Below are positions 10,458-21,390 of a stretch of 64,000 nucleotides of DNA, piece after piece (positions within the stretch are counted from its first letter, which is position 1; the number at the start of each line of letters is the position of its first letter). The translations under genes and the position numbers were made by a program. Source of the stretch: Alphaproteobacteria bacterium (GTDB lineage: Bacteria; Pseudomonadota; Alphaproteobacteria; Rs-D84); the NCBI GenBank assembly GCA_017409215.1, contig JAFQTD010000016.1, positions 5,128 through 69,127 of the forward strand, written 5' to 3'. Below the pieces are notes generated by a model. That model was not told the DNA's origin. It made no database searches and saw only the letters and a list, made by a program, of their open reading frames with translations.

Positions 10458-10863
10458 ATATGCTAACTATTCTTGATCTTGATATTTCCTTGTTGGCAAT
10501 CATTTGTTTGCATTGTTTGAATAAATCTTCGGCATATTTTGCGCTAAAATTATTTTCCGTCACCTTGCAAGTTCCATTAACAGAATAACCACCGCTGTAG
10601 GTCTGAACACCCTTTTTATCTTTGTTCATTTGTACTTTTATTGTCGGCAATTTCATCGGTTTGTTTGGTTGCGCCTTTTCATATAACAGAATTGTTTCTG
10701 AATTTCTTACATTCGACAGAAAAACAGTATAATTCGCGTTTACAACCCCACACCTAATTGCCTTAATCAAATATGGCGAAACAGAATCCATATCTAAAAA
10801 GAACATAAAAGTGTAATAATTATCCTTCTTGGTTTCCTTTCTCGACTCTTTAAAATCTAGCAT
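10456..10863 (-). CDS. Hypothetical protein
   Basis: 135-aa ORF with AAAGGA RBS, downstream of rph. Confidence 0.6.
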   Translation of the reverse strand: MLDFKESRKETKKDNYYTFMFFLDMDSVSPYLIKAIRCGVVNANYTVFLSNVRNSETILLYEKAQPNKPMKLPTIKVQMNKDKKGVQTYSGGYSVNGTCKVTENNFSAKYAEDLFKQCKQMIANKEISRSRIVSI

Positions 10864-10877
10864 ATTTTTTCCTTTGT

Positions 10878-11594
10878 TTATTCTAAAATTTGATTTTGTA
10901 AATTTATTAATTTATTACACGCAGATGTTGCAATCTGCATCATTTCTGACATTTGTTCCGATGTAAACGGATGCGCTTCACCGGTGGCCTGAATCTCGAT
11001 AAAACGACCATCATCAGCCATCACAAAATTCGCATCAATTGCAGCTGCACAATCTTCTGCAAAATCCAAATCCAGAACCAGTTCATCTTGCCATACGCCA
11101 ACAGAAACCGCCGCAACATTAGACGATATAGGATTTTCATTAATTCGCCCCTGTGCAATCAACCACTTAACAGCCATTGCCATCGCAACAAAGCCACCTG
11201 TTATACTGGCGCAACGTGTGCCACCATCGCCTTGAATAACATCACAATCAATTGTTATTGTGTGCTTGCCCAGTTTTTCCATATCGACAACACTGCGCAA
11301 CGCACGACCAATCAGACGCGATATCTCAACCGAACGATTATCTTTTTGCATTGCTTCGTGACTTTTGCGCATACTGTTTGCACGTGGCAACATTGAATAC
11401 TCGGCCGTCACCCAGCCCCCCGTCTTGTTCTGCATACGTTTCCATGTGGGTTGCGAAAAATCAACCGTCGCAGTACATAATACTTGGGTTCCACCAACCT
11501 TGATAAGACATGAACCTTCGGCCCATTTGTTAACAGCAGTCTCCATCGATACTGGACGCATCTGATCAGGTTTTCTTAGTGATGGACGCAACAT
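10878..11594 (-). CDS. rph: Ribonuclease PH
   Basis: RPS.R..DQMRPV; GWVTAEYSMLP; EISRLIGRALR; DCDVIQGDGGTRCASITG. Confidence 0.97.
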   Translation of the reverse strand: MLRPSLRKPDQMRPVSMETAVNKWAEGSCLIKVGGTQVLCTATVDFSQPTWKRMQNKTGGWVTAEYSMLPRANSMRKSHEAMQKDNRSVEISRLIGRALRSVVDMEKLGKHTITIDCDVIQGDGGTRCASITGGFVAMAMAVKWLIAQGRINENPISSNVAAVSVGVWQDELVLDLDFAEDCAAAIDANFVMADDGRFIEIQATGEAHPFTSEQMSEMMQIATSACNKLINLQNQILE

Positions 11595-11717
11595 TTTTTA
11601 TCCTTTGTTTAAATACGAACAGCAATATAATAATCAAAGATACATAAAATGCAACTTTTTTGGGTTTGCTTTTTTTCATAATGTTGTTATGCTATCATAT
11701 CTGAACAAAGGATTTTT

Positions 11718-12740
11718 ATGTCGACACGTACAAAACGTTTGATAAAAAAAATTATTAGCTATTCCGGAATATTGTTTTTTGCACTGGCTGCTGGTATGCT
11801 GTGGTGGCAATTACGCACATATAGCCTGTCTGATATTGCACACGCAATACTGGATATACCGTTTACAAATTTAGTTTTAGCCGCAATGGCGTGTTTGGCG
11901 GGGTATTTGGTTTTGTCACTGTATGATTGTCTGGCACTGAAATATGTTGGTGGACGTGTTTCATGGTGGAAATGGATGCTGGCAGGAATGTTGGGGTTCG
12001 CAATCAGCAATAACGCAGGACACGCCGTTGTTAGTGGTGGCGCAATACGATACAGGTTGTATACACGTTGGCGTATCCGCGCAGGTGATATTGTAAAAAT
12101 GCTGACTTTTTCGGGCTTTACCTATTTCTTGGGTGCATCGGCAATTGTTGTTATTGGATACTTTTTAATTCCGCGCAGTATGTTTGATGGGTCGGTCGGG
12201 CTTAGTATTGGGCTGAATGCAATGTTTGCGTTTTGTTTGGCGGCCTTGTTGGCATATTTTGCAACAACAATTATCTTTGATGATAAAAGCATCAAGATTG
12301 GCAATTTGCGCTTTCAGGTACCCACGACCAGTACTGCATTTACACAAACTGTGCTGGGCATCGCAGACAGTGTGTTGGCGGGATTAGTACTGTATTTTTG
12401 TATGATTCCATTCGTTGAAATTCCGTTCACAACGTTTATCGGTCTGTTCGTTATCGCACAATCAACCGGTGTATTTAGTCAGGTACCCGGGGGAATCGGG
12501 GTTTTTGAAAGTGTTTTCTTGGTTGCCCTGCCCGATTCGGTTGACAAGGCAAACATATTCGGCGCATTGTTGGCGTATCGCATAATTTACTATGTGTTGC
12601 CACTGATTGGGTCGGGAATTTTATTCTTTGTTTATGAACGTTGGTTGCGTTCACGTGTAAAAAAATGGATTAATGATGCCAAAGAAAAAATCCCAACGAA
12701 AATCAAGCAGATAAAATCTTGGGAAAAAAATAAAAAATAA
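11718..12740 (+). CDS. Lysylphosphatidylglycerol synthase TM (MprF flippase-like) protein
   Basis: YD.LAL.Y; SGGAIRYRLY; SQVPGGIGVFE; LLAYRIIYY.LP. Confidence 0.85.
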   Translation: MSTRTKRLIKKIISYSGILFFALAAGMLWWQLRTYSLSDIAHAILDIPFTNLVLAAMACLAGYLVLSLYDCLALKYVGGRVSWWKWMLAGMLGFAISNNAGHAVVSGGAIRYRLYTRWRIRAGDIVKMLTFSGFTYFLGASAIVVIGYFLIPRSMFDGSVGLSIGLNAMFAFCLAALLAYFATTIIFDDKSIKIGNLRFQVPTTSTAFTQTVLGIADSVLAGLVLYFCMIPFVEIPFTTFIGLFVIAQSTGVFSQVPGGIGVFESVFLVALPDSVDKANIFGALLAYRIIYYVLPLIGSGILFFVYERWLRSRVKKWINDAKEKIPTKIKQIKSWEKNKK

Positions 12741-12949
12741 ATACCTTGATAATCTGTATATACACGTGTTAGAATAACCGTTGGTGTAATAAAATAAGGT
12801 TATAAATAACGTGTTTATGTTATCACTAATTTCGACAATTCGAATGGCACTGATGATTAACGTGGTGCATTCCCTTGGCATGGGCTGGGACGCCCCATGG
12901 GGACGGGTTGTTTGTCTGACCGACACCGTAAAAACAAAAGGATTACTAG

Positions 12950-14743
12950 ATGTCAAAAAAAATATACGTGGATGCAGTCCACCCAGAAGAAACACGCGTT
13001 GTTGTCGTTGATACAGCAACCAATCGTGTGTCTGATTTTGATGTTGAAACCACTACCAAGCCACAAATCAAAGGCAATATATATCTGGCCAAGGTGATAC
13101 GTGTTGAACCATCCTTGCAGGCGGCCTTTGTTGATTATGGAACTGGGAAAAATGGTTTCTTGCCATTTTCGGAAATTCATCCTGACTATTATCAGGTTTC
13201 TGCAGAACAGAAAAAAAAGTTGCTGGAATTGGCACACGCAAATATCGTTGACGATGACGATGACCCAAATGATGAAGAGGATGAAGTCGCAGAATACGAC
13301 GACCACAGCGCAGGTGAAGATAATAACGAATTCTTGAAACGCGCACGTGAATTTAAAATCCAAGATGTAATTAAACCTAAACAAATATTGCTGATACAAG
13401 GGGTCAAAGAAGAACGCGGCCAAAAAGGCGCATCGATGACAACATACTTGTCTTTGGCGGGTCGATTTGCTGTATTGATGCCAAATTCACGCAAGCGCAA
13501 CAGTTATGGTATTTCGAAAAAAATATCCGACAAGGCAGAACGTGCAAGACTGCGTGAAATATTACACAACCTTAAAATACCAAAGGGTATGACCGTCGTT
13601 CTGCGCACAGCCGCAATGGGCGCACAGGCATCTGATATCGCAGCAGATTATGATTATCTGGTAAATTTGTGGAACGATATCAGAAAGACAACATTGGAAT
13701 CAATCGCACCTGTCACAATTCATACCGAAGATTCATTGTTGCGTCGCGTTGTTCGCGATTTCTTGAGTGACAAGGAAGACGTTTTGGTAATCCAAGGCGA
13801 AGAAGCATACGATGCCGCAAAACAATATTTTCAGCAAATGTATGGGCGCGCACCACGCAAACAGTTGGTGAATTATAAAGATGTTGCTGTACCCTTGATG
13901 GTCAAGGCCGGTGTTGAAAAGCAACTGGAAGGTCTGCATGGGCCATACGTGACATTGCCATCGGGTGGTTCATTGGTGATTAATCAAACCGAAGCAATGG
14001 TGACAATTGATGTTAATTCTTCGCGTGCAATCAAGGAAAAAGATATTGAACAGACTGCACTGAACACTAATTTAGAAGCGGCCGAAGAAATCGCACTGCA
14101 ATTGCGCCTGCGTGATTTGGCGGGGATTGTTGCGATTGACTTTATCGATATGGAAGACGAAAAGAATAATCGCAAACTGGAACTGAAAATGCGCGAGGTT
14201 ATGAAACGCGACCGCGCCAGAACACAAGTTGCAAAGATTAATAACTTTGGTGTGTTGATGTTGTCGCGTCAAAGACTGCGCAGCAGTTTTATGGAATCTT
14301 CGTATGTGCCCTGCCCGCACTGTCTGGGCGCGGGGGTCGTGCCATCAATTCAAACAGCGGCGGTTATTATGTTCCGTCACCTGCAAGAAAAATTACTGGC
14401 CAAGGCAGCACAGAAAATCATTATGACGGTGCCAACAGATGTCGCGGTTTACCTGTTGAATCACAAACGCGCCGAATTGGCTGCGATGGAGGATGAGTTC
14501 GAAACAGAAATCGTAATCGTTGGTGACGACAGTATGATGAATATCGATCAATATTCAATTCAACGCGTCGCCCCAGAACAAATCAAGACAGATGAAATAC
14601 TGGGGGCGTACGTTCCATCGACTGATGCAAAAAAGAAAAATACACAGCATGTGGACGCAAAAAAAACAACTGTTAATGCACAACGCCGTAAGCGTAAAAA
14701 ACAACAGAAAAAGAAATCTTTCTGGCAAAAATGGTTGCGATAA
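12950..14743 (+). CDS. rne: Ribonuclease E/G family endoribonuclease
   Basis: IKGNIYLAKVIRVEPSLQAAFVDYG; IDVNS; QLRLRDLAGIVAIDFIDM; CPHC.G.G Zn link. Confidence 0.95.
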   Translation: MSKKIYVDAVHPEETRVVVVDTATNRVSDFDVETTTKPQIKGNIYLAKVIRVEPSLQAAFVDYGTGKNGFLPFSEIHPDYYQVSAEQKKKLLELAHANIVDDDDDPNDEEDEVAEYDDHSAGEDNNEFLKRAREFKIQDVIKPKQILLIQGVKEERGQKGASMTTYLSLAGRFAVLMPNSRKRNSYGISKKISDKAERARLREILHNLKIPKGMTVVLRTAAMGAQASDIAADYDYLVNLWNDIRKTTLESIAPVTIHTEDSLLRRVVRDFLSDKEDVLVIQGEEAYDAAKQYFQQMYGRAPRKQLVNYKDVAVPLMVKAGVEKQLEGLHGPYVTLPSGGSLVINQTEAMVTIDVNSSRAIKEKDIEQTALNTNLEAAEEIALQLRLRDLAGIVAIDFIDMEDEKNNRKLELKMREVMKRDRARTQVAKINNFGVLMLSRQRLRSSFMESSYVPCPHCLGAGVVPSIQTAAVIMFRHLQEKLLAKAAQKIIMTVPTDVAVYLLNHKRAELAAMEDEFETEIVIVGDDSMMNIDQYSIQRVAPEQIKTDEILGAYVPSTDAKKKNTQHVDAKKTTVNAQRRKRKKQQKKKSFWQKWLR

Positions 14744-14777
14744 AAAAATTCACCGCCCGTTTGGGCGGTGTTTTTTT
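14743..14777. terminator. Bidirectional terminator between convergent genes
   Basis: caccgccc-gttt-gggcggtg flanked by A and T runs. Confidence 0.8.
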
Positions 14778-17031
14778 AATCGTTAATTTTATGACTTTGC
14801 ATCCATTGTGCCATTATCGCTTCTTTGTTATTGACCAAGTTTTCTTGAGCCTTTTTTTTGTTAAGATAACGGAACCAATTATACATGGGGCCCGTTTTAG
14901 TGTTTCTGCCCGTTTCCAACCTGTTCCATAATGAAACAAGTTTTTCCATTTCGTCTACGTGGTTGGCATCCCAATTTTCAACCTGCTCTTTATTACGTTT
15001 ATATTGCTCGTTTAACTCTTTAAGAAGTTCGGCACCTTCTGTTAGGTCGTTATACTTTTTTTCTGTCTCTTTTTTTCTGCTATAAAAATCTTTTACAGCT
15101 TCTATTTCTTGCAATATATCGTTCTCAACTGACTCTTGTTCAGGTGTTTTTGTGCCGCCATTGTATGGTGACTGCACCGTTGCACTTTCGGGATCATCAA
15201 CAACATTTGATAAGAAATTTTCAACTATGTCTTCCCATTCTGGATGTTGATTATAAAGCGCTACTAGATTTGATAAATCGGGACCTTTCTTGTTTAATTC
15301 ACTAAATAGTTCTGCTTTCTTTTCATCAATTTTCTTCTTACTTATCGAACCGCCTGTTATTTTGCGTATATCCCGTCTTAAATCCTTTAGTTGATTTCTT
15401 TGGCTACCCACTGTTTCGGTTAACCTCTGTTTGTCATCTTCCATTTTTTTTGTATATTTGTCATGCTCTTTCTTGAAATAACCCTTCTTGTCAGTATATC
15501 TCTTTATTTTGCTGCCAGACAACCTAATTGCATTTCCAGCCATTGTAATACCATACCCAACCCCCATAAATGCAACCTTGACGGTTTTATCCAATGCCCT
15601 GGAAATTAATTGAACACTTTCGTTTTTATTCCATGATAGATTTGGGTCGGAAAAGAATGAAAAGTCCTTGAATTCAGTACCTAGTTTTTCCATTATATTG
15701 CTGGTAGTATAACCGTAGTGCAACACAGAAATTAATTCAAGCGCGGTTTCGGCCTCGGCCACTTTTCCTTCATTGACAGAACGTATGATGATTTCCTGCG
15801 CTAATGCACGCATTTTTCTGCCGTTTCTTAATGCACCCGACCATATTTTTTTACAATTTGGATCACTTTTGATATCTCCTAGAACTTTTTCAAACCATTC
15901 TAGGTGCTTGATGGATTTAAATTCACGTGCTTCCTTTAACTTTTCCTTTGTTGTTGATATATTTTTAAGCACTCCATCCAAGCCGTCCGTTTGTTTTAAA
16001 TCTTTTTTTAGATACTTGCAGATATTTTTAACCTCGTTAGAAAAATATAATTCATCGCCCCTTAATTTTGCATATTTTTCTATACAATCTGTATAGGTAT
16101 TACCCCACCATTCAGATATACGCTCTGTGACAGATAGTCTATCTTCGCGCTTTGGCTGAATGTAGTTATCACTTTTAGGGTCTCTATAGTTCATACTCTC
16201 AAGAGCCTTGTTCAAATGGCTGGTAATTGCCCCCCCATCATGAGCAGCAAAAACATTGCGAACTTTTGGTTTTTTGCGCAATTCGTTTAATAATTCAGGC
16301 AAAAATCCTTGAAACGCGCGCAATCTAGCGTCTGATAGATTCTGTTTAAACCATTTATCATAATCATATAAATCAGGCATATCAATGCCTGTTTCTTCAC
16401 GTATTGAGTATTTATAACTTTCAATAAAAGAAGCAACAGACAATAATTTGTTTCTAAACTTTGCGTTGGTGTTGTATTTTCTGTCTGTGTCTTCTAGCCC
16501 CTGTAAAAATTCTTCATACGTAAAATCCTTGTCAAAAACTCCATATCCCCGGGTAAAGCGATCTTCTAATTTATTTCTATTTCTTTTTAGAAATTCACGT
16601 AGGTCTCTAATTTTTAGTTCAGCTGTTGGTCTTGCTTTTGTATGTCCAAACAATTTTCCTTCACCAAAATACTTTTCAAAAAACTCCTTGGCGTCTGGAT
16701 TTTTTACACCATCGAATTCTGATGTGGAAGAAGCCATCGATTGAAATGCCTCTTGAAAGGCCTCGTATATTTTTGTTAATTCAACTTTGTTTAAATCCAC
16801 TGCGGCATCTGGTAAATTTTTTGGTGCATAAACCGTTCCTGACGGATCTTTTTCAAAAGCCCCTGTTGCATCCTTGGCCAGTAATTCATCAGCCCAAATT
16901 TTTTGTTCATCGGTCAATTTCTTTTTATCTATATACTCGCCAAACTGCAAAAGTTCTTCGTGTGACATCTCGCGAAATATCATACGTCTATAATATTCTG
17001 TCAAAAACTTCTTCATCTTCATATCTGCCAT
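14776..17031 (-). CDS. Large hypothetical helical/coiled-coil protein
   Basis: About 750-aa Lys/Glu-rich ORF with no recognised motif. Confidence 0.75.
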   Translation of the reverse strand: MADMKMKKFLTEYYRRMIFREMSHEELLQFGEYIDKKKLTDEQKIWADELLAKDATGAFEKDPSGTVYAPKNLPDAAVDLNKVELTKIYEAFQEAFQSMASSTSEFDGVKNPDAKEFFEKYFGEGKLFGHTKARPTAELKIRDLREFLKRNRNKLEDRFTRGYGVFDKDFTYEEFLQGLEDTDRKYNTNAKFRNKLLSVASFIESYKYSIREETGIDMPDLYDYDKWFKQNLSDARLRAFQGFLPELLNELRKKPKVRNVFAAHDGGAITSHLNKALESMNYRDPKSDNYIQPKREDRLSVTERISEWWGNTYTDCIEKYAKLRGDELYFSNEVKNICKYLKKDLKQTDGLDGVLKNISTTKEKLKEAREFKSIKHLEWFEKVLGDIKSDPNCKKIWSGALRNGRKMRALAQEIIIRSVNEGKVAEAETALELISVLHYGYTTSNIMEKLGTEFKDFSFFSDPNLSWNKNESVQLISRALDKTVKVAFMGVGYGITMAGNAIRLSGSKIKRYTDKKGYFKKEHDKYTKKMEDDKQRLTETVGSQRNQLKDLRRDIRKITGGSISKKKIDEKKAELFSELNKKGPDLSNLVALYNQHPEWEDIVENFLSNVVDDPESATVQSPYNGGTKTPEQESVENDILQEIEAVKDFYSRKKETEKKYNDLTEGAELLKELNEQYKRNKEQVENWDANHVDEMEKLVSLWNRLETGRNTKTGPMYNWFRYLNKKKAQENLVNNKEAIMAQWMQSHKIND

Positions 17032-17145
17032 CGTGTACCTCTTTTGTCTTATCAATTAATTATAGTGCAAAATTGTGTTTTTTTCAATATTTTCTGTACT
17101 TTTTTGCAGAAAGTTGCTTAGATATACCATCGAAAGGATGGTTTT

Positions 17146-18327
17146 ATGAAAAGATTGCTGTTTTCACTGTATGGTTTCGCGTTCTTTAATAAGTTCTTAT
17201 TGCTGACACCCGTATATGCAATATTTATGCAAGAAAATGGCCTAAACGATTTACAACTGTCGACTATGTTCATCGTGTCTGCAATCGGAACAATTGTCGC
17301 GCAGGCACCAATTACCATGCTGACAAATAAATTTGGACAACGTTGGTCTATGATTCTTGGTCAGATTTTAAAGGCTGTGGCAATATTGCTGTGGCTGGTA
17401 ATGCCGAATTATGTTGGGTTTGTCATCGGTATGTTTATGTGGGGCGCACAGGCCGGATTTCGCAGTGTCGCATTCGAAGGACTGGTGTACGATTCAGTCC
17501 ATGCATATGGCGCAAGACGCGAATACTCAAAAATCTTGGGACGCAAATCGACATACGAATCAATCGGAACTGCGTTGTCTGCGTTTGGGTCTTTACTGAT
17601 GTTTATGGGATATGATTGGGTGACATGGGCATCGGTTGGGGCGATACTTATTTCTATGGTTTGCTTGATGATGGTACCATACAGACCAAAACAAAATAAA
17701 AAAAGCATACGCGCAGGCAAGCAATATACTATGCGCGAAACTTTTAAGACAGGAATTAAAATCTGCAGAAAAACACCATGCCTGATGTCGATTATGGTGC
17801 TGACCCTGCTGGTGGTAAACGTTCCATTCTTGGATGATTTTTTAAGCCCAATCGCATTACAAATCGGAATCCAGACCGAATATGTTGGCGCTTTATCCTT
17901 TGTGTTGTTGGGGTGCGCAACACTGGGGCAAAGATTTGCCTATAAATTCAAGAAAATACCTGACTTGGTTTTATGTTGCCTGATTGGTGCCGTCGGTGTG
18001 GGATACTTGGTGTTTTCTGCGTTCTATTCTTTGTGGGGACTGGGGGCGCTGGGGGTGGCGTATATGCTGTTCTATGGGATTTATACGTTGCTGTATGCAC
18101 AATTTCAGCATATGATACCAACGCGCCATCGGTCGGTTGTATTATCCCTGTACACAACATTGACCTATGTCGTGTATATGATTGTGTGTGGTATTATCGG
18201 ATTGGGGGGCAGTCTGGGCAGCTGGCGATACAGTATTATGATTCAAGGCATCTTGATGATGGCGGTGTTTGCGTGGGCGATATTGGGGCTGTATAAAAAA
18301 TGCCCGCTGGCCGATGATACAGTCTGA
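17146..18327 (+). CDS. MFS transporter
   Basis: About 12 hydrophobic helices; F.S.A.EGLVYDS motif. Confidence 0.85.
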   Translation: MKRLLFSLYGFAFFNKFLLLTPVYAIFMQENGLNDLQLSTMFIVSAIGTIVAQAPITMLTNKFGQRWSMILGQILKAVAILLWLVMPNYVGFVIGMFMWGAQAGFRSVAFEGLVYDSVHAYGARREYSKILGRKSTYESIGTALSAFGSLLMFMGYDWVTWASVGAILISMVCLMMVPYRPKQNKKSIRAGKQYTMRETFKTGIKICRKTPCLMSIMVLTLLVVNVPFLDDFLSPIALQIGIQTEYVGALSFVLLGCATLGQRFAYKFKKIPDLVLCCLIGAVGVGYLVFSAFYSLWGLGALGVAYMLFYGIYTLLYAQFQHMIPTRHRSVVLSLYTTLTYVVYMIVCGIIGLGGSLGSWRYSIMIQGILMMAVFAWAILGLYKKCPLADDTV

Positions 18328-18389
18328 TCCCCCTGTATTAGGCATACGTTCTTGTTCGTATTTTGGGCCAGATTATCTACAATGAATGT

Positions 18390-19061
18390 ATGAAGTTTAA
18401 TTTTCGCACCTTTTTTTTAAAGTCTTTGCCATATTTGATGTCAATTACCGGCGGAATTATCCTGTACACTGGCGCAATCGATAATGCACCAAACGCAAAT
18501 CTGCGGGATTTGATTATAAATGTTTCTGCATCACTGCTGTCGATACCGCTGGTGTTCTTGCTGTACGATTATACAAATTCCAGGGTCGCACGACAAATGA
18601 AAAAAAATTTGGCCAATTCTATGTCGGATAGACTGAATATCTTGATGCTGAATATTATCTTGATGTTGCGCGAGATGATGGGGGTACGAACAAAACTTAA
18701 TACAGAAAACCTGAACAGAATGCTGATGTGGCGCGTACCAGAAATTAGTAGACGGTTGAAAATCACAACTAAAACAAACCAAGAACTGCGCGAATATCAC
18801 AATGAATTAGACACACTGCTGTATCGAAATGGGCAAAATGATGTGATTAATTCCGATGTGTTTCAGACTCTGTCCGCCCTGTCGCGCGAAATGACCCGAC
18901 TGATAAACGAAAGCAAGTTTCGTCGGAACAAACGACTGTCCGCTAAATACGTCGAAGGAATAATGGCACGTATTCTTGATTGGCTGGATTCCGACAGTGT
19001 TGCGGCACTAAACCTGCAAAAACATATATCCGCGCCATCAGAAAATCTGGAAAATAAATAA
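18390..19061 (+). CDS. Hypothetical membrane protein
   Basis: Two N-terminal TM segments. Confidence 0.65.
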   Translation: MKFNFRTFFLKSLPYLMSITGGIILYTGAIDNAPNANLRDLIINVSASLLSIPLVFLLYDYTNSRVARQMKKNLANSMSDRLNILMLNIILMLREMMGVRTKLNTENLNRMLMWRVPEISRRLKITTKTNQELREYHNELDTLLYRNGQNDVINSDVFQTLSALSREMTRLINESKFRRNKRLSAKYVEGIMARILDWLDSDSVAALNLQKHISAPSENLENK

Positions 19062-19172
19062 AAATTAGTATTTTTTATTATTTTTGCTTGATTTTTGTTT
19101 TTATATATGTCAAAATTGCCCCCGAACCACAGAAAAAGTGTTGCAAAACACTCCCTTTCTGGGTCCGGTTTT

Positions 19173-19248
19173 GGGGACATAGCTCAGTTGGTAGAGCAAA
19201 TGACTTTTAATCATTGGGTCCAGGGTTCGAGTCCCTGTGTCCCCACCA
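19173..19248 (+). tRNA. tRNA-Lys(TTT)
   Basis: GGGGACATAGCTCAGTTGGTAGAGC...CT TTT AA...GGTTCGAGTCC...CCCCACCA. Confidence 0.97.
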
Positions 19249-19419
19249 GAAATTCAACGACCGCTTGCCGGTCGTTTAATTTTTATGTGTATGAAAAAAA
19301 GAACAAATTAATCAACGAAACACAGCACCAACAAGAAACAAATTCTTAAAAAAATTACAGATTCAAATCCAAAGTGCTTGCAACAAAATTAATACCGCCA
19401 ATTCTGGCGGTTTGAATTT

Positions 19420-19496
19420 TGGCACGCCCTACAGGATTCGAACCTGTGACCTGCAGATTAGAAATCTGATGCTCTATCCAGCTGAGCTAAGGGCGC
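19420..19496 (-). tRNA. tRNA-Arg(TCT)
   Basis: Reverse complement GCGCCCTTAGCTCAGCTGGATAGAGC...TT TCT AA...GGTTCGAATCC...GCCA. Confidence 0.97.
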
Positions 19497-19598
19497 GTAC
19501 CAGTGTATTTTATACTATTTTTTTTAAATTTCAAGTCCGAAACAATCAACAAAAAATACTTTACATAAAACATACTTTTTTTACTAGGATTATATACA

Positions 19599-19675
19599 GA
19601 ATCATAGTTGTGTTGATTTTCGAACTCCCCGACCGTCGTTTTTCAGACGGTTTTATTAATTTTTAGAGGGAGTAT
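19599..19675 (+). promoter_or_regulatory. Truncated c4-like target/attenuator leader, similar to the 3' half of the 57.8-kb leader
   Basis: GAATCA-N9-TGATT..GAACTCCCCG-ACCGTC..GACGGT, followed by RBS GGGAG that is complementary to CTCCC. Confidence 0.55.
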
Positions 19676-19679
19676 ATTT

Positions 19680-20088
19680 ATGAAAAAGCTTCTTTTTATT
19701 ATATGCGTAACCTGCGTTCCGCATTTTACATTTGCGAACACAGACCCTATATACGACAGAATGGAACAACTTAAAGAAACAGGTATTGAAAACGCGAAAA
19801 TCTACAAACCGAAGTTCGTTATCACGTATCATTAAATGTTGAAGTTGATGATACTCTCATAAAAAAATTATTGGCAGAAAAATAGATAACGGAGTTGCAA
19901 TTGCATACGAAACATCTGCCGCAAGGATGGATATTGTGGACGATATTATAAACCAAGTAGCAAAAAAAGATGCTGGCGTGGCAGCGAAACTAAGAGCGGA
20001 TGGCAGATATTCTGTTGGCAATACAGAGGCACTACGCTTGTGGGCTAGTGATTTCTTGGGTTATACAATCGCCCCTGTAATACCATAA
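19680..20088 (+). pseudogene. Doubly frameshifted secreted-protein gene
   Basis: MKKLLFIICVTCVPHFTFA signal peptide; reading continues in two further frames (NLQTEVRYHV...; GRKIDNGVAIAYE...APVIP*) with breaks near A-runs. Confidence 0.55.
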
Positions 20089-20105
20089 AACAAAATTGAA
20101 GCCCC

Positions 20106-21374
20106 CTATTCCACCAACCCCAGATTTTCTGGGGTCAGTTTCCCCAGCGCAGATAAAACTGCAAAGAATGCCGATACTTGCGCATGCTGGGCGCGTGTGT
20201 GCGCAACGCGTGAATTTAATAATTCCTGCTCTGCATTCAATACATCCAACACTGTCCGCCGACCTTGTGCTTGCTCGTCCCGAATACCGTCCAATGCCAT
20301 TTTATTTGCATCCATACTGGCCTGCGCTGCACTGATTGCGACCTGTTGCGCCTGATACATATTCCATGCCTGATGTAAATTTTCTGTGATTACACGTCGC
20401 GCATTTATGATTTCCTGTTGTATTCCTGCGACATTTGCACGTACCTGTTCAACATTTGCAAAGGCATTTCCCTTATCATATAAAGGCATTTTCAAATACA
20501 CCCCTATTCTGCTATCCCGCACATCGTCCAGATATGGCAAATCATCTATCTTTTGAATTGTGCCACGCACATCAACCGACGGCAGCATCGAATTATATGC
20601 AACTGTGATATTTTGTTTTACTGCTTCTTCCTGTGCCGTCAGCGCCATTAAAATTGGATGCTTATTCAACACATCTTCCTGTGCGGAATCAATATCAATT
20701 GGAAAAAAATGTTCCACAGGTTCCAAATCAACATCCTTGCAATTTTTGTTTTCCGTACCAAAGATTCTTTTATATGTTTCCAGCGCATTATCATATTTTG
20801 CGTTTGCATCTGCGACACTATACTTTGCCATTTCTAGTCTTGCCGCCGCCTGTGCAACATCTGTCTTGGTTAATCTGCCGACGGCCTGAACGTCAGACAC
20901 ATATTTATAATATTCCCCCAGTACCCGCTGATTATTTTCATTAAGTTTCAAAACAGCCCCAGCATTAAGAACTTCTATATACGCATTTATCGCATCTAAA
21001 AAGACTTTTTGTTGGACCGCATATAGGTTTGCATTTGCAGCCGCCAATTCACTTTTAGCCCCCTTGATTTGTGCAAACACCGCACCGCCTTGGAACAAAT
21101 TCTGTTGAAATTCGATTCCATACTGCACAGGAGAATAATCAAAAGTATATTTGCCAATTTTTGTGCGCGCAGCCCCTGCATTTCCACTGATACCCAAATA
21201 TGGTTGCAATCCTGTTGCGGCAGATTTTACCCTGGCGCGTGCAGAATCAATAACTGTTCGCTGCTGTTCGATTATCGGATTTGTTTTATAAACTATATTT
21301 AGTGCCGAATACAAATCTGCACGCACCGGCTGAACCATACACATTACAAATAAACACAGAACTAGTTTTTTCAT
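20106..21374 (-). CDS. tolC: TolC family outer membrane efflux protein
   Basis: QNLFQGG; G.RTVLDVLNAEQEL. Confidence 0.9.
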   Translation of the reverse strand: MKKLVLCLFVMCMVQPVRADLYSALNIVYKTNPIIEQQRTVIDSARARVKSAATGLQPYLGISGNAGAARTKIGKYTFDYSPVQYGIEFQQNLFQGGAVFAQIKGAKSELAAANANLYAVQQKVFLDAINAYIEVLNAGAVLKLNENNQRVLGEYYKYVSDVQAVGRLTKTDVAQAAARLEMAKYSVADANAKYDNALETYKRIFGTENKNCKDVDLEPVEHFFPIDIDSAQEDVLNKHPILMALTAQEEAVKQNITVAYNSMLPSVDVRGTIQKIDDLPYLDDVRDSRIGVYLKMPLYDKGNAFANVEQVRANVAGIQQEIINARRVITENLHQAWNMYQAQQVAISAAQASMDANKMALDGIRDEQAQGRRTVLDVLNAEQELLNSRVAHTRAQHAQVSAFFAVLSALGKLTPENLGLVE

Positions 21375-21390
21375 ATATACCCCTTTGGTT

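Noticed and set aside
12780-12949. Structured rne 5' leader as a novel RNA
   Set aside because: Hairpins are present, but structured rne leaders are expected and the evidence is too thin to call a defined element
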